Positions 52,392 through 62,301 of a stretch of DNA of 64,000 nucleotides are shown piece by piece. Position 1 is the stretch's first letter; every line of letters starts with the position of its first letter. This DNA is from Pyrodictiaceae archaeon. GTDB lineage: Archaea > Thermoproteota > Thermoprotei_A > Sulfolobales > Pyrodictiaceae. Below the pieces are notes generated by a model that worked only from the letters and a program-made list of their open reading frames with translations, was not told where the DNA came from and did no database searches. The position numbers and the translations under genes are program-made. The stretch lies in assembly GCA_027036135.1 (NCBI GenBank), contig JALVSY010000016.1:224001-288000 (forward strand), given 5' to 3'.

Positions 52392-54176
52392 TTACCTAGT
52401 TTGGGGTTTTCCAGGTACCCATAGTATTCGGTAAACTGCATATACCAAGCCAAATGCTATTGCTAAGAAGAACACCGCCACCAAAGCAAGTTCCCAGGTC
52501 GGCGGGGCATTAGGTGTTATTATCTCATCAACAGTTACTAAGCCATATATTGCCCATGGTAGTCTACCAGTCTCTCTTACAATCCATCCCATTGTACTCA
52601 CTGTCTGTGCTATTACTGCTGCAACTGGTGCTAATCTCAGCCAGAACCTTGAGGGTATTGTACTTCCTCTTATTCCCACTATATTTAATGTCTTATCTAT
52701 AAGGCTCCATTTGTCTCTAATAACTATGAGCGCTACTATAAGAGCGTAGAATCCTATCAGTAGTGCTAGTCCTATCTTTGTATAGTATACATAATGGATT
52801 TCAATTGGTGGTTTACAAGGCTCTGGAGGCATTCCATTAAGCTTACAGTAATTAGCTGGTATTTTATCATAGCTTGGCAACTTGGCGCTCAATGATCCGT
52901 ACGCTAGTAGCGGCATTATCTTGTCTGTACCTAGGAGTCTTGATAGACTAAATATGTGTTTTGAAGTGCCCTCCATTGCTGCGAACTTCTCTGGTTCCCA
53001 ATGAGCTACTGCACGCCCCATCTCATGGCCAGCTATGAATCCTTGATAAGCTATAACTATGGCTGTAAATACAGCTGCAAATTTAAAGGCTTTCTCGATG
53101 TAGCGACGGTACTCTGGGTCAGCGTTTTCTGGCATTTTGAGCAGGCGCAGTGCATATCCAGCCAGTACAGTAAATCCAGTTACTGTTAATCCGGCACCAA
53201 TACCATGCATTAATGTGGGAATATAAACGGGGCTCTTAAAGGCGAAGCTCATTATACCAACATGTCTCATCCATACATTTATTATATAGGTTAGGATGTT
53301 CTTTACTGGTATGTTAAGTAATAGCTGTGCTGGTGTAGTTTTTGTCCCAGCCAAGGCAAGACTACTTATTGGTATACCAAGCTTAGCTGCAAGTTCTTTT
53401 ACTTGATTCAGAGTTAGGTGCTGAACTGTAGTTTTATTGATGAAGCTAGCCAATATGCTATTCTTGAGCTTCGCTCCATTAAAGTATTCTCTCATTAACT
53501 CCTGCATAATGTTCGACGGGATGGCTACCTTTACAGCATCCTTAGTTGAGCCTAGTATGCTTACATGAACCATTTTTAGCGCTGTTATATTTAGTAATGG
53601 TATTATATCCTTAGGTATGTATAGCATTATTTTTGGATAACCTTGACTATAGAGATATGTGCCATTTGGTATATATGCTGGCATTATACCGTATGGAGCT
53701 GTCATAGCACTGTTTACACTAAGTATCATAGCACCGCTATACCAAGGCCCTATAAATCCTAGTAGTGCAATCGCTGCTAGCACTTTTGGCGAGAATTTAT
53801 TCCATCCATACCATAACATGTAAAGGAATATCACTTCTAGCATGAATGCAAATATCTCCGCATAGAATGGGAAATAAACTCCAGTAGCACCACCAATCTC
53901 AACAAAACGTGGCCATAAAAGCACCAAGCCAAATTCTACCAAGGTACCAGTAGCAGCACCTACCGCAAACACTATTATGAAGCCTTTAGCAAGAGTTCTT
54001 GCTATCCGCATCCAAACTGCATCCTTAGTACGCAGATAGAATAAGAGTGCTAGGAAAACCATAAATGGCAAGCCCAGCACATACTGAAGGATAATCCAGT
54101 GTATATCAATCCCTATAAACGATAATATCCTATCTCCCAGCGGGGAAAACTGCGTCCAATGAACAACGGCACTCAT
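52392..54176 (-). CDS. cydA: Cytochrome bd quinol oxidase subunit I
   Basis: IHW, FAVGAATGTLVEF, EIFAFMLE, MHG, EPEKFAAMEG, GWIVRETGRLPW. Confidence 0.93.
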   Translation of the reverse strand: MSAVVHWTQFSPLGDRILSFIGIDIHWIILQYVLGLPFMVFLALLFYLRTKDAVWMRIARTLAKGFIIVFAVGAATGTLVEFGLVLLWPRFVEIGGATGVYFPFYAEIFAFMLEVIFLYMLWYGWNKFSPKVLAAIALLGFIGPWYSGAMILSVNSAMTAPYGIMPAYIPNGTYLYSQGYPKIMLYIPKDIIPLLNITALKMVHVSILGSTKDAVKVAIPSNIMQELMREYFNGAKLKNSILASFINKTTVQHLTLNQVKELAAKLGIPISSLALAGTKTTPAQLLLNIPVKNILTYIINVWMRHVGIMSFAFKSPVYIPTLMHGIGAGLTVTGFTVLAGYALRLLKMPENADPEYRRYIEKAFKFAAVFTAIVIAYQGFIAGHEMGRAVAHWEPEKFAAMEGTSKHIFSLSRLLGTDKIMPLLAYGSLSAKLPSYDKIPANYCKLNGMPPEPCKPPIEIHYVYYTKIGLALLIGFYALIVALIVIRDKWSLIDKTLNIVGIRGSTIPSRFWLRLAPVAAVIAQTVSTMGWIVRETGRLPWAIYGLVTVDEIITPNAPPTWELALVAVFFLAIAFGLVYAVYRILWVPGKPQTR

Positions 54177-54386
54177 CCCAGTGTCGCCTCTTACCTTAGT
54201 TTCCCCTTATTTCTAGAACGAAACTGTGCCAGTTTTTAAACAATAATTGCCACAGTCTCTACTGCGAACTTTAACAGAGTTCAAACTGATATAACACATG
54301 ATTAAGGAGAAGGGGTAAGGAACAATATAAATAGATTAGAGAACAGCCTTAGGCGAGTTCATGACCTATTTTATCACTAGGTATCG

Positions 54387-55196
54387 TTACTGCTTCTTTT
54401 CCAGGGCCTTAGCCATGGCCTCTGCTAGTTCTCTCATCTTCGCCTCTGGGTCCCTGGCCTTCATCACCGCTGAGGCTACTAGGACTCCTATTGTGCCGAG
54501 TCTTATAGCGGCTGCAGCGTCTTCTCCACTAGTAATCCCGGCACCAGTTAGTACAGGTATATCGGGATTAACCATTCTCACTAGCTTAAGGGTGTCTGTC
54601 ACAACCTCGGGCTTTGCCTTTGAGACGGGTATACCTGTGCCTATGAGCTCTGGGGGCTCTATGGCGAGCATTGTGGGTGTTAGAGCTGCCACGGCAGCCG
54701 CGACCGTGGGTGTGTCAGCGCATACAAGTGTCTCGAGCCCTACTTGGGTTGCTCTCCTAATAGCATGATCGATGTCGCTAAGAACCATGCGATGCTCGCT
54801 ATGATTGAGAAGCGTCCCCTTAGCGCCAGCTTCCTTTACGGCCTCTGCGGGGAGAAACCCAGTATGGGCACCAGGCTCCACAGGGTCAATGTGCTGCGCA
54901 TAGACAACAGCCTTGTCAACGACCTCGCTTACCCTGGAGATCTCTGTAGAGGGAACCGCTAGTACTACCCTAACAGAGCCATTGTACTCCTCAGCTACCT
55001 TCTCTGCTGCAAGAGCTATAGCTAGTCCTTTATCACCGAAGGCTGTTGGATACGCCTTATAGTTGACAACTAGTACTGCCCGCCAATCCCGCTTGTCCCG
55101 GGCCTTGGCCTCGGATACAACGCGTGCATGCAGCCCCGATAACAATACTGTGCCCACGCTAGCTCCCCACAAGAGGGGGCAAGCACGCCTATACAA
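54387..55196 (-). CDS. tpiA: Triosephosphate isomerase, archaeal type (N-terminus probably overcalled)
   Basis: VNYKAY, AQH, GAHTG, NHSEH, IEPPELIGTG, GAGI. Confidence 0.96.
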   Translation of the reverse strand: MYRRACPLLWGASVGTVLLSGLHARVVSEAKARDKRDWRAVLVVNYKAYPTAFGDKGLAIALAAEKVAEEYNGSVRVVLAVPSTEISRVSEVVDKAVVYAQHIDPVEPGAHTGFLPAEAVKEAGAKGTLLNHSEHRMVLSDIDHAIRRATQVGLETLVCADTPTVAAAVAALTPTMLAIEPPELIGTGIPVSKAKPEVVTDTLKLVRMVNPDIPVLTGAGITSGEDAAAAIRLGTIGVLVASAVMKARDPEAKMRELAEAMAKALEKKQ

Positions 55197-55237
55197 GAAT
55201 CTTAGGGCAATGAGCTCCGTGATTCTTAACTAAGAGG

Positions 55238-55299
55238 GGCTCGGTGAGGAGATTCCTCATCACATAGAGAAAGCAGTTCGCCAGCTCCTCTTCATAGCC
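55238..55299 (-). ncRNA. C/D box guide sRNA candidate (16S rRNA)
   Basis: C ATGAAGA, D' CTGC, C' GTGATGA, D CCGA with 12-nt guides. D' guide GAGCTGGCGA is complementary to 16S UCGCCAGCUC. Confidence 0.75.
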
Positions 55300-55392
55300 T
55301 CAAAAAGACAAGCCCCTAAAGATTTTTAAAGAAGCTTAAAAACGCAAAAGTATATGTAGTTAAAAACGAAATATAGTTATATGAGCCTGGCC

Positions 55393-56577
55393 TTAGTCGT
55401 GCATTTCCTCGGCTCCGCTTAACATCTCGCTGTGCTTTATCTTCGGCTTTATGTATTTCTCGTAGTCCTTTGCCTCCTTGAACCTGTCCTTGAGCTTCTC
55501 TAGTACCTGTGGCAGTGTCGTGTACTCCATTTCCTCGGGGCCTAGCCGGTGCGGCATGAATGGGCCGTGGCGCCTCATGTAGTCAGCTATTAGCTGTGCG
55601 GTTCTCCTAGCCTCGTCGAACGCTGGGTCATCGAATAGATCTGTCGGGCCTATGAGGCGACCCTTGGTTATGTTAAACCCGAGGCCGACTATCCTGGGTG
55701 GTCCGTCAAATCTCGTGCACTTAGCGTCCTTGAGGCCTACTGGCATCAATGGGCCCCAATGGCTTCCTCTCATCCAGCCTGCTACGAGGTGTGGGAAGCT
55801 GAATGGCTCTAGTATCTCGCCTAGCGCTGGGAAGCCGCTCTGTGCACGCACTATTGCCACGGGGTCGTCCTTACCGACGTAGCGGCCTGCTATGAGGTTT
55901 AGCCTCTCAACACTCACTACTGCTGCTATCTCGTTATCGCTTTTCCTGAAAACCCTCTTCACAACGTAGCGGCCAGGGGTACCAATAAGGGCTAATAGGT
56001 CGTACATCTCCTCCGGCGTGTTTAGTACAACGTACTTGCCTTCCATCACATCGAGTACTTCGAACTTGAAGCCATCATGCATCCTTGGGTCAATCACTAA
56101 GCCCGCTGTGTTGAATGGGTCGGCAAATATCCTGAACATTGGGAAGTTGAAAGCACCAGGCTCGGTCTTATCAGCCATAAATATTACTATTGGCTCGCTC
56201 TTCCTCTCAACAATCTCCATCTCAGCTACTCCTGGCCCTAGCCCCCTTACATTACCGGAGAAAGCATCGCTTAGCAAGTCCTGGCCAGCAGCGTATAGCC
56301 CGAGCTCCTTAGCCACCTCAGCAGCCTTCTTGAAAGCATCCCATGCAAGTCCATGTATATCGGGGCTGTCAACTCCCTTACGATGAGTCATTATTAGCTG
56401 GAGATCGTCTCCAACATGCGTCACAAAGTAGTCTATGATTAGTCCTTTCCGCTTAGCCTCGGCAAGAACCCTTGAAGCAGCAGCCATTGTGTCAGGATGA
56501 ACCTTGTGATGACCCGCTAGGCTACCTATATCGGCCTTAATTACACTAATAGTAACCTTTCTCTCCTCTGCGCTCAT
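55393..56577 (-). CDS. fbp: Fructose-1,6-bisphosphate aldolase/phosphatase
   Basis: SVIKADIG, GDD, YAAGQDLL, DKTEPGAFN, YVGKDDP, GWMRGSH. Confidence 0.98.
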   Translation of the reverse strand: MSAEERKVTISVIKADIGSLAGHHKVHPDTMAAASRVLAEAKRKGLIIDYFVTHVGDDLQLIMTHRKGVDSPDIHGLAWDAFKKAAEVAKELGLYAAGQDLLSDAFSGNVRGLGPGVAEMEIVERKSEPIVIFMADKTEPGAFNFPMFRIFADPFNTAGLVIDPRMHDGFKFEVLDVMEGKYVVLNTPEEMYDLLALIGTPGRYVVKRVFRKSDNEIAAVVSVERLNLIAGRYVGKDDPVAIVRAQSGFPALGEILEPFSFPHLVAGWMRGSHWGPLMPVGLKDAKCTRFDGPPRIVGLGFNITKGRLIGPTDLFDDPAFDEARRTAQLIADYMRRHGPFMPHRLGPEEMEYTTLPQVLEKLKDRFKEAKDYEKYIKPKIKHSEMLSGAEEMHD

Positions 56578-57454
56578 GCGCTACACCCTCTCCTACTCAT
56601 ATCTCAGATGTAACTAGGGTATATCAGAGGCTATTAACAAGTTTGCGCCGCGAATGCAATAATTATGAGTCTTAATAGTCTATTGTTCTCAAATATTATA
56701 TGTAGGGCAATAAGAGATAAGAAGTAATACAAAGAAGCCCGAGGGAGCAACCTAGATTATTATACATATTGTAGCTAAGAAGTATTCTTAGTATAATACT
56801 TCTATAATGGCTACGCGTAAGAGGGCTATGAGAATACAGGCGAAGTCCGATCTGGGCCCTAGCTCATTATAGCCTGTCAGGCAGAACAGCGGTATTTAAG
56901 TACAAATCCTTACTCTAAACACTATTTTTATTGGCAATTAACAATTATAAAGAGTAAAAGTTATTAAAAGTGTACTGAGTTTACTCCAAGATTAGTTGAT
57001 AGGTCTCTGCCTCTATAGTGCTACAATTGATAGAGCTACCAAGTTGGCTGTGCTCTCTCAGGAGGATAGTATAGCGTTCATTAATATTACTTTGTCTAAG
57101 AGAGATGTCGTCCTCTATACTGTACCTATTCGGTAGCTATCAATATACTGAATACTAGATCTTTTTACTAATATTATTATGTACAATTTAGCATTTCAGT
57201 AAAAACAGAGTACTTAATGCCGGACTATTTCCCTCGGATTTAGTAGCTTGGACTATGAGGGAGAGGCCTGTTGTTATATTAGTTTAGTTTAAAATAATTT
57301 GTGTATTTTTTGAAATAATAGTATTATAGTTGTCAGCTAGAACTCTTAATATTGCCGGCGCATCACAAGACTAGAAATCCTAGTAGTATAGGTATAGAGC
57401 CTTGCCGAGGAGTAATGTAATACAATAATGTAGTTTTTATTAATAATTTGTGTC

Positions 57455-58078
57455 CTACGTGAGTTTCCCTCCTTTTTCAACGAGTCTTATGAGGTCTAAT
57501 GTGTCGAGTACTCTCTCTATGTTGGCTCCTATGTTTATTCCTATTTCTTGTAATGCATAGAGCAGGAGTGGTAGATTACCCCATATTCTTTTTCCCTTTA
57601 TCTTGTCAAGTAACTTGTTAAATCTCTTTGTTATGTAGCGAGCTATTGGTGCTAGGATCTCTCTCTGCGTTGTTGCCAGGTTTATTCCCTTAGTACGTGC
57701 TAGTTTTCGCGCACCTTTCGTGAACCCTCTTGGTGCATACACTATGTAGAGGATATCTGCTGCAGTGAATAATTTACTCCGGAGCTTATTTACCTCTTTT
57801 AGTACTCTCCTTATTTTCGCAGCTAGTTGTGATGGAGATAGTGGTCTAGAGGCCTGCGTGCTAATATAGTACGCTATGAGGAGAGGGTTTGAGCCAGGCA
57901 TTTCGGCTAGGAATATCGTTACTGTATAGTCTCTTGTTGTATACGTCTCCAAAGGCTTTTTGCTTATTCTTTGCAGCTGTGACCATATTGAGAGGTAGCG
58001 CCTAGCCCCTCGTAGCAGTGGTACTAGGGCTGTGTTGAGTATTCTTATTCGCTCCTCAACCCGCTGTAATGGCAGCAT
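57455..58078 (-). CDS. Basic hypothetical protein with a weak Mrr/restriction-endonuclease-like segment
   Basis: YIVYAPRGFTKGARKLA...GINL resembles the Mrr_cat C-terminus; no clear PD-(D/E)xK. Confidence 0.6.
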   Translation of the reverse strand: MLPLQRVEERIRILNTALVPLLRGARRYLSIWSQLQRISKKPLETYTTRDYTVTIFLAEMPGSNPLLIAYYISTQASRPLSPSQLAAKIRRVLKEVNKLRSKLFTAADILYIVYAPRGFTKGARKLARTKGINLATTQREILAPIARYITKRFNKLLDKIKGKRIWGNLPLLLYALQEIGINIGANIERVLDTLDLIRLVEKGGKLT

Positions 58079-58189
58079 TGTTGCTCCGAGATAGAGTGGA
58101 GTAGGTGGGCTACAGCTAAGTGTAAAGGGCCGTGTATTCTCCTGTGTAGAGTATTAAGGGGCTTGGTTCCCGGTACTAGTTTATTTCTC

Positions 58190-58221
58190 GCCTGACAGGT
58201 TACAGGATTATCCTGTCAGGC
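58190..58221. repeat. 10-bp inverted repeat built from two CCTGWCAGG palindromes
   Basis: GCCTGACAGG (58190-58199) ... CCTGTCAGGC (58212-58221). Confidence 0.7.
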
Positions 58222-58251
58222 CAAGGGAACAGAGATTCAGGGGAAGGTGGG

Positions 58252-60093
58252 TTATTTCTTTTCCTTTTGTTCTTTCTCTCCCGGCCTCGGTATGTAGTAG
58301 TACTTGCCGAGTCTTCGCTGCATTCGGTCGAGGAAGCTTCCTTCCTTGTTTATCCTTGGTCTCCCGGTTTCTGGATCCTTTCTTATCGTTATTCCTATTT
58401 CTGCTAGGAATTTGTTCATACCCTCGTTTAGTGGTAGTGGCTGGAGTGCGTGACCTTTTATGCCGGGGGTGCCGGTGAACACCATTACCCGGTTCGCGAT
58501 GTAGTCTTGTACGGCTATGTCGTGCTCAACTACTATTGCTGCGGCTTTTCTTGCCTCGGTTAGCCGCTTAATTGCCTTGGCGACTATTAGTCTTTCTTCT
58601 ACGTCAAGGTAGGCGGAGGGCTCGTCTAGCAGGTATATGTTGGCTTCACGTGCTATTGTAACGGCTACTGCTACTTTTTGTAACTCTCCGCCGCTGAGCT
58701 CATCGATTCTCCTATCAAGGAGCCGGTCTATTCGTAGCCTCTTCACAATTTCTACATTAATCCAGCTGCCTGGAGCTAATGCGGAGGAATTGGTCTCTCT
58801 TAGTAGTTCCTCTACGGTCTTGTCCTCGCCGAGTGTCTGTGGGCTTAGTCTCTGTGGCTTGTAGCTTACTTTGAGCTTCTCGCCTGGTTTTCTCACCTCG
58901 CCTTCTACGGGTTCTATTTCGCCTGCTAATGTTCTTACAAAGGTTGTTTTCCCTATGGCGTTGGGACCTAGGATGCCTAGTACTTCTCCCTCGTATACCT
59001 CGCCTGGGTCGACTTCTAGGTTGAAGTCGTTCAGGCTTATTGTGAGCCTTGTCCACTCAATGTACTTTGTTGATGTCTGTATTGCTTGTAGTGCCTCCGT
59101 TGGGTTGATTGTATATTTTATTGGCTCGTTTCTTATCCTCATGTTCTCCGCTGGTAGGTAGCCTTTCAGGAAGTAGTTTATCCCGGCTCCAACGGCATAG
59201 GGCTTCGAGGATATACCGTAAACGCCTGGCTCACCATACATTATTACTACGTGGTCTGATAAGTAGTCAAGCATAGCTATGTCGTGCTCGACTACAACGA
59301 CGTAACTATTCTTTGGCATATAGCTCCTTATTACCCTGGCTACTTTCACGCGCTCCCTTACATCAAGGTAGCTGCCTGGCTCGTCGAAGAGGTATAGGTT
59401 GGCATCCTTGCTGAGCACGGCGGCTATCATGAAGCGTTGTAGCTCTCCGCCACTGAGCACACGTATATCCTTGTCAAGTGCACTAGTGAGTCCTAGCTCC
59501 TTGACGAGTTCCCGCCATATGCCTCTCTCATCGGCTTTCTCTAGTAGGGCTGCAACGGTACCCTTTACTCTGCGGGGTACAAGGTCTATGTATTGTATCT
59601 TATGAGCAGCTCTTATTTTTCCCTCAGCTAGTGCGCGGAAATAATTCTGTATCTCGGTGCCACGGAACCTTCTAATTATCTCGTCCCATGAAGGCTCTCG
59701 GTCTGGCTCGCCGAGGTTTGGTTTAAGCTCGCCTGCTAGTATTCTTAGCGCAGTAGTCTTTCCTGTACCATTCTTGCCGAGAATGCCGAGAACCTTGTCC
59801 TGCCTAGGCACAGGTAGGCCGTAGAGCTTGAAGCCGTTGACGCCGTACCTGTGGAGAAGCATCTTCTCTAGCTCGTCGGGTAGATTCACTATGCTTATTG
59901 CCTTGAAGGGGCACTTTCTTACACAGATGCCGCAGCCTATACATGTTTCCTCATATATTACTGGCTTCTTGCGGCCCGGATCCATTTCTATTGCTTTGCC
60001 GCCTGTCTTGTTGACCGGGCAGAATACTATACACTCCTTGTTGCATTTATTGGGTTTGCAGAGCTCATAGTCTATTACCGCTACACGCACCAT
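58252..60093 (-). CDS. rli: Ribosome recycling factor ABCE1/RLI
   Basis: N-terminal Fe-S Cys cluster, two ABC domains (LSGGELQ), RPRINK. Confidence 0.97.
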   Translation of the reverse strand: MVRVAVIDYELCKPNKCNKECIVFCPVNKTGGKAIEMDPGRKKPVIYEETCIGCGICVRKCPFKAISIVNLPDELEKMLLHRYGVNGFKLYGLPVPRQDKVLGILGKNGTGKTTALRILAGELKPNLGEPDREPSWDEIIRRFRGTEIQNYFRALAEGKIRAAHKIQYIDLVPRRVKGTVAALLEKADERGIWRELVKELGLTSALDKDIRVLSGGELQRFMIAAVLSKDANLYLFDEPGSYLDVRERVKVARVIRSYMPKNSYVVVVEHDIAMLDYLSDHVVIMYGEPGVYGISSKPYAVGAGINYFLKGYLPAENMRIRNEPIKYTINPTEALQAIQTSTKYIEWTRLTISLNDFNLEVDPGEVYEGEVLGILGPNAIGKTTFVRTLAGEIEPVEGEVRKPGEKLKVSYKPQRLSPQTLGEDKTVEELLRETNSSALAPGSWINVEIVKRLRIDRLLDRRIDELSGGELQKVAVAVTIAREANIYLLDEPSAYLDVEERLIVAKAIKRLTEARKAAAIVVEHDIAVQDYIANRVMVFTGTPGIKGHALQPLPLNEGMNKFLAEIGITIRKDPETGRPRINKEGSFLDRMQRRLGKYYYIPRPGEKEQKEKK

Positions 60094-60229
60094 TGCTCTC
60101 TCCCACTAAGCCCCAGGGGAGGCGCTAACCAGAGTCTAAGTAATATAGGCTAAGTAGATAGTACGTCAATAATCTAGGTAGTCAATGGGAAACATTAATG
60201 AACAAGAGAGTGCGGTGTATTTGTCTCTG

Positions 60230-60329
60230 GGGCGTGTATGAGGAGTGGTGACGGCACGGAGTAGTAAATGCTTTATGAATCCTTGCTAAAAACTATGCGA
60301 TGAAGAAAGCAAGGTTGTCCGACACGCCC
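60230..60329 (+). ncRNA. C/D box guide sRNA candidate with a long D'-C' insert
   Basis: 7-bp terminal stem GGGCGTG/CACGCCC, C ATGAGGA, D' CGGA, C' CGATGAA, D CCGA. Confidence 0.75.
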
Positions 60330-60336
60330 GCTACGA

Positions 60337-60447
60337 TTACCACTCCTCTTCTTCCCATTCTTCCTCTTCTTCCTCTTCCCACCATTCCTCTTCCTCTTCT
60401 TCTTCCTCCCACCACTCTTCTTCCTCTTCCAGTACCAGCCATCTCAT
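60337..60447 (-). CDS. 36-aa Glu/Trp-rich peptide
   Basis: MRWLVL followed only by E and W; mixed GAA/GAG codons; GAGGG RBS-like element and TTATTTA box upstream. Confidence 0.6.
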   Translation of the reverse strand: MRWLVLEEEEEWWEEEEEEEEWWEEEEEEEWEEEEW

Positions 60448-60553
60448 CGTAAGAAGTCCCTCGCCTGGCTCTTGCTCCGTCATGTGGATAAATAAGCGGG
60501 ATGCTTTTAGTCCTTTCCCAAATCTCTCTCCCTTATAGAAAATGACGGAATAA

Positions 60554-61084
60554 CTAGGATTGAGCACGTTGGCTTGTTGCCTGGATTCTAAATAGTCGCG
60601 TCTCGACGGGGTAAATGGCCACCCTGGTTATGTCCATCCTCGTTGGCTTGGACTTGATTAGGCACTCGGCTTCCTCTAGCTCAGAGAGCTCCGTGTCTAT
60701 ATTGTGTGGTGTTGCTATTAGTAGGGCTACTGTTTCTCCTGGCTTCGCGCCACAAGTGCTGGCTACTTTTCCTAGGTTTTTCTCGTTGCATAGTATGCGG
60801 AGGACTTCGAGTCCTCTCTTTCTAGCCTTGCTAAATCCGTATCTGGTTAGTGTGTATGCTTCCAGCAGGGCCGTGATCATTTCAGGAATGCTGTATTTTT
60901 CTGCTAGGAAGCTTGGCACAAGTACTACGAGAGCCTCTTCATCCTTTATGGACTCTATCAGCTTTGCTAGCTTATTGTTAAATACCGTACACTCTAAGTA
61001 GATGTTTAGCCTTCCTATGTTTGGGAGTACTATGCTATGTTTTTCTAGTTTTGATAATTTTCTTAATGAATTCAATATCTTCAC
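60554..61084 (-). CDS. cgi121: KEOPS subunit Cgi121-like
   Basis: ARKRGLEVLRIL...LGKV...GAKPGE resembles the Cgi121 core. Confidence 0.6.
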   Translation of the reverse strand: MKILNSLRKLSKLEKHSIVLPNIGRLNIYLECTVFNNKLAKLIESIKDEEALVVLVPSFLAEKYSIPEMITALLEAYTLTRYGFSKARKRGLEVLRILCNEKNLGKVASTCGAKPGETVALLIATPHNIDTELSELEEAECLIKSKPTRMDITRVAIYPVETRLFRIQATSQRAQS

Positions 61085-61631
61085 CAGTTACCTTAGCTAC
61101 CTCTTCTACGCTGTAACCCTTCCTCGAGACGAGTTCTTCCACGGTTTCAGCCTTGTCCCATGGGAATATTATCCATGCATCAGTCTCTTCTGCATAGAAA
61201 TCCGGGCGGTGCATAGACCATGGCTTTAGGTATAGTGATGCAGTGAGTATCTTCTTGGGACCATAATGGTTTAGGAAGTTAACAGCAACGTTTAGTGTCT
61301 TACCCGTATCGGCTACATCATCGACTACGAGTACTACTTTGTCACGTATATCCATTATGAGTGGTTGTGTAACTACTGGCCGCTCGGCAGTCTCGCCTAT
61401 TGATTTATAGAACTTTATCTCAAGGGCTCCCATTGTTGCTACTCCGAGATAATCTGAGAGCAAGCGGGCCGGTATCCATCCACCACGGAGAACCCCTACT
61501 ATTATGTCTACCTTCTCTATCCTTGAGCGTACCTGCTCAGCTATTGTTACGCAGTGGTGCTCTACTTCTCTCCACGAAACTGGCTTGAACTTTATTGGCT
61601 CAGGATGCCTATATGTGGTCATAGCCTCCAC
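61035..61631 (-). CDS. Purine phosphoribosyltransferase
   Basis: RGGWIPAR, VLVVDDVADTGKT, WIIFPW. Confidence 0.92.
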   Translation of the reverse strand: MEAMTTYRHPEPIKFKPVSWREVEHHCVTIAEQVRSRIEKVDIIVGVLRGGWIPARLLSDYLGVATMGALEIKFYKSIGETAERPVVTQPLIMDIRDKVVLVVDDVADTGKTLNVAVNFLNHYGPKKILTASLYLKPWSMHRPDFYAEETDAWIIFPWDKAETVEELVSRKGYSVEEVAKVTGEDIEFIKKIIKTRKT

Positions 61632-61815
61632 CGCGGCTAATGGCTCCTCAATTCTTGTCTCGGTCTTTTAGCATTAAAGTGTTGGGTCTTTCAATATGTT
61701 GTTAAAAATACATTGTTCCTAGCTTACCATTTCAAGGATGAGGGTAGGTAAAAGAACAATACATCTCTCTAGGTATAGGGTGTAGGTTGTATTAAGCTCA
61801 TTGTTGGTTTTGAGC

Positions 61816-62157
61816 TTATTGTTGTTCTCCGCTTGATTTTTCGAGTGCTTGGGCGATACTCTCCGATGATATTGCTTCTGCTTTTTCTTCAGTAGGGGCT
61901 TGGGCGAGTAGTGATTCTCTTATCTCCTCTGCTCGCTGCTGCTCTAGTAGCATTTGCAACTTACCTGTTCTCTTATAGAGCCTTATCAGCCTTGTTACAT
62001 AGCCTGCTATTTGGTTTCTTAGTTTCTTAGAGCCAACGTCTACTAGTCTTGCGACTACTTGCTTGTTGTGCTCGAAGTCTTCGGTGAACAGGTCGGGGTA
62101 CATGTTTAGTAGTCTTCTAGCTGTCCTCTTTACTAGGCCTATTCTGACCTTGCCCAC
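61816..62157 (-). CDS. rps17e: 30S ribosomal protein S17e with an acidic C-terminal extension
   Basis: GKVR...[24 protein letters not shown]; GTG start. Confidence 0.95.
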   Translation of the reverse strand: MGKVRIGLVKRTARRLLNMYPDLFTEDFEHNKQVVARLVDVGSKKLRNQIAGYVTRLIRLYKRTGKLQMLLEQQRAEEIRESLLAQAPTEEKAEAISSESIAQALEKSSGEQQ

Positions 62158-62301
62158 TCTTCTTTCCCCGCTACTTGGTGCGCTATGGGAGGGAGTTATT
62201 AATAGTGTATGCATAGCCTTGTACGAAACGCTTATATAGAAGCGGCTGGGAAGGCAACCTACACACGGTTAAGAGAGGGTAGAGGAAACGGGGGAGTACC
62301 T

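Noticed and set aside
56941-57000. One printed block appears to have 9 bases
   Set aside because: Probably a formatting artefact; coordinates in this line may be off by one
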